DNA of 64,000 nucleotides from a virus. Taxonomy: Duplodnaviria; Caudoviricetes. The notes beneath the pieces were generated by a model that saw only the letters and a program-made list of their open reading frames with translations, was not told the DNA's origin and did not search any database. The translations under genes were made by a program, and so were the position numbers. Below are positions 61,785 to 64,000 of the stretch, one piece after another (the first letter of the stretch is position 1; each line of letters begins with the position of its first letter). The stretch covers positions 3,427-67,426 of the IMG/VR virus record IMGVR_UViG_3300037400_004179. One strand, given 5' to 3'.

Positions 61785-64000
61785 TCATTCGCTACGCGCT
61801 TCGCGCTCCGCTTCCAGAAGGGAAGGAGATGCGCGACCGCCCCAGATGCTGCCGTAGGCGTAGGACGGCCCGTTGAACGAGTTCACGCACCACGGGCCAA
61901 TCGCGTGGCTGCGGGCGTACGACAGCGAACACATCCAGTACGACAGGGCGCGGCCCGTTGACGGCTGCGCCGGATAACTCGACGGCGCATATATTCCGTC
62001 GTATGCGGACGAGTTGAGGTTGTAGTTGAAGATGTCGCCCGCTTCCGTCGGCGTTGTCGCGACAAGCCCGAAAGCGGCATACTGCGCCTTTTCGTCCTTG
62101 CCCCTGTAATATGTCCCCGCAAGGCCCGTATATGCCCAATAGTAGGAAAGCCGCTCGTAGCCGCGCGACGTAAAGGCGGTGTATTCCGTCGCCGTGCCGG
62201 AAGTGTTGGGCGCAAGCCGCGAATGGTCGAGGTTCGCCATGTACCAGATCGACTTCGTGCCGTCTGCGTCCGTCTCGGCAATCGTCGTCGCGTCCACCAT
62301 CTGGTCGCCCTCGCTCCCCCAGAAGTTCAGGATGCCGAGCCACGAGAACGGGTAGCCGTTCGACGCTGCGGGCGCAATCGTGAAGGTCGTCAGGTTCGGT
62401 TGCGCGTCGTAGTAAAACTCCAGCTCGTCCTGCCGCGTCTCGGCGAGGGACGTATTGTTGTGGCCGTAAATGCCCGTTATATGGTTCTTGCCGTCCTTCG
62501 CCCTGAAACTTCCCGTCGCTTGCGCGTTGGCCGAAAACTGGATATAGGCGAGAACGCGAAACGCCTCGTAGTCGTGCCAGTTGTTGCCAGTCCAGCGGCG
62601 GGCCGCCATGTCCTCGTTGTTCGTCGCCGCCGGAAAGTACGCGGTCGCCGCGCCGAGGGTCGTGCCGCTCACGTTGTGGACGGTGAAGCCGTGGTTGTTC
62701 AACTTCTGCGCCCGCGTGTGCAAGTCGCCGCGTGATATGCCGAAAACGCCATAATTCGAGCCGTCGCGGTAGGGCCACGGGTAGGACTGGATCGTGTAGT
62801 TGTTCGATCCTGTCATTCGCCAGTTGCCATCCTTTGCGCTTGTCGGCGTGGATTTATAACAGGCGTAGTAGTTGGCCTCCTTCACGCCGATCTCGCGGGT
62901 CGTCCAAGTGTCCGTCGTCTCGTCGTAGTCGCGGGCGTAAATCTTCTCCCACGGCGGGACGTAAAAGGCGCGGTCGTAGCCGTTCGTGATTTCCGGCCTC
63001 GCCACCCACTTTATCTGCAAAGGGCACTCCGTCACGCTTGCGACCGTGCCGTTCGCGTTGAAGTTCGTGATGGGGATAGTCTCGATTGTTTCCTTGTAAA
63101 CGTAAATCGGGACGCGGGCGAAAAAGTAAACGTTAGTCGCGGGCGTCGCCTGTCCGCCCGTGTGTTTGAAGTCGTCGTCGAACACAAACGCAACGCGCTC
63201 CGCCTCACACCACGGAAACGCCGAGCCCTCGTATGCTGCGGAGAGGTCGCCCACTTCGTCAAGGTTGCCGACGCCGCCCGATTCGCCCAACTGCGGCACA
63301 AGGTTGTAAACGTCGCACTCCGTCACCCAGACGCTGTTCGAGTAGTACCCAAACTGCGTCACCCATGCCGAGGCCGTCTCGTCCCATACGCGCTGCACGG
63401 GGAAGGATTCGCCCGTCGTGCGCTTGCCGTGCGCGTTGTCTGGGTCGTAGTATTGCGCCCGTCCCACCATGCGGAGCGTCGCGGCCTGTCCGTGTTCGGG
63501 GTCGAGCGGTTGGAGCGTGTCGAGCGCGACCTCCGCTATGTTGCCCTGTGTGACGTGTACGATCTGGTCGCCCGCGTCGTAGATGTGGTCGGCGGCTCCG
63601 AGGTGCAGCCGCACGGTCACGTCGACAAAACTTGAACAGGGGACGAAAACCTGCTGTACCGCTCCGGCGCGTAGGCTTTCGACGGGGATCGTGTGCCGCT
63701 CGTTCGGCATCTGGATTGAGATAAACGCGCCGTCGAGTGCCTTGAAGTATTCCGCGCCCTGCGGGACGTATGCCGTCGGCCCCGCGTTGAACGTGAAACG
63801 GATTCCGCCGAGATACGGGGACGCGGCCTCGCCGCCGACGACGATTGACTTCAACGCCGCCACGTCAAGCGCGGTCGCGGTCAGTTTTGCGTCTACGGCC
63901 ATTACCTGATTCGATACGCCCGCGACCTGCGGATAGTCCGCGAGGCGTATGTCTGCGGCGGCGCAAAGCGCGGCGGCGGTTGTTGCAAGTGCTATGAGTT
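61785..64000 (-). CDS. DGR target protein with C-terminal C-type-lectin-like variable domain (5' end beyond window)
   Basis: VR encodes SYARSHAIGPWCVNSFNGPSYAYGSIWGGRA near C-terminus; frame stays open to window edge (LIALATTAAALCAAAD...). Confidence 0.85.
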   Translation of the reverse strand, partial: LIALATTAAALCAAADIRLADYPQVAGVSNQVMAVDAKLTATALDVAALKSIVVGGEAASPYLGGIRFTFNAGPTAYVPQGAEYFKALDGAFISIQMPNERHTIPVESLRAGAVQQVFVPCSSFVDVTVRLHLGAADHIYDAGDQIVHVTQGNIAEVALDTLQPLDPEHGQAATLRMVGRAQYYDPDNAHGKRTTGESFPVQRVWDETASAWVTQFGYYSNSVWVTECDVYNLVPQLGESGGVGNLDEVGDLSAAYEGSAFPWCEAERVAFVFDDDFKHTGGQATPATNVYFFARVPIYVYKETIETIPITNFNANGTVASVTECPLQIKWVARPEITNGYDRAFYVPPWEKIYARDYDETTDTWTTREIGVKEANYYACYKSTPTSAKDGNWRMTGSNNYTIQSYPWPYRDGSNYGVFGISRGDLHTRAQKLNNHGFTVHNVSGTTLGAATAYFPAATNNEDMAARRWTGNNWHDYEAFRVLAYIQFSANAQATGSFRAKDGKNHITGIYGHNNTSLAETRQDELEFYYDAQPNLTTFTIAPAASNGYPFSWLGILNFWGSEGDQMVDATTIAETDADGTKSIWYMANLDHSRLAPNTSGTATEYTAFTSRGYERLSYYWAYTGLAGTYYRGKDEKAQYAAFGLVATTPTEAGDIFNYNLNSSAYDGIYAPSSYPAQPSTGRALSYWMCSLSYARSHAIGPWCVNSFNGPSYAYGSIWGGRASPSLLEAEREARSE
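61830..61927 (-). repeat. DGR variable repeat (VR) at 3' end of target gene
   Basis: Offset 216 bp from TR; 13 mismatches, all opposite TR adenines on the coding strand. Confidence 0.95.

Larger units (their letters stand above)
1..64000. mobile_element. temperate podovirus-like bacteriophage genome segment
   Basis: Terminase, portal, capsid, replication module, integrase and giant ejection protein present; no tail tape measure and no host genes seen. Confidence 0.9.
60244..64000 (-). mobile_element. diversity-generating retroelement cassette: target(VR)-TR-RT
   Basis: Adenine-specific TR/VR divergence plus adjacent RT. Confidence 0.92.

Noticed and set aside
1-64000. CRISPR array, tRNA or rRNA genes, IS elements
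   Set aside because: No regularly spaced repeat-spacer array, cloverleaf or transposase motif recognised by eye; tRNAscan and CRISPR finders were not run.

Overview
The whole window is phage sequence with no recognisable host genes. It is a high-GC, temperate, podovirus-like genome, and the integrase has phage genes on both sides, so it looks unintegrated (attP form). From left to right: (1) a minus-strand head module of terS, terL, portal, scaffold and major capsid (160-7460); (2) a plus-strand island of small early genes (8.3-14.9 kb) bracketed by two TGCA-iteron/cruciform origin-like elements; (3) a regulatory cluster with an XRE repressor, three RHH-like genes and TGTGTCCACACA operators; (4) a replication/recombination module (SMC-like ATPase, AAA_24, DUF669 SSB-like, DEAD helicase, primase-RepA, RusA); (5) accessory genes (ParB, HD, DUF5131, a Tad2/DUF2829 fusion, DUF4406, a C5 methyltransferase, ASCH); (6) a tyrosine integrase; (7) a ~5125-aa DarB-like polyvalent virion protein (metallopeptidase, ParB-like, kinase-like, N6-MTase, SNF2 helicase); (8) ejection, tail and lysis genes; (9) a diversity-generating retroelement in which TR and VR differ at 13 positions, all TR adenines. 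The most notable observations are these. The DGR reverse transcriptase has HLDN in place of YxDD, and no avd gene lies in the window. Two small genes appear overprinted in the +1 frame inside the giant gene, each with its own extended -10 promoter and RBS. These sit in modules bounded by a repeated FDTKxLD junction. There is also a duplicated origin-like element, and a type I-C CRISPR-repeat-like solitary unit next to the Tad2 gene. All family assignments are from motif recognition only; no searches were run.
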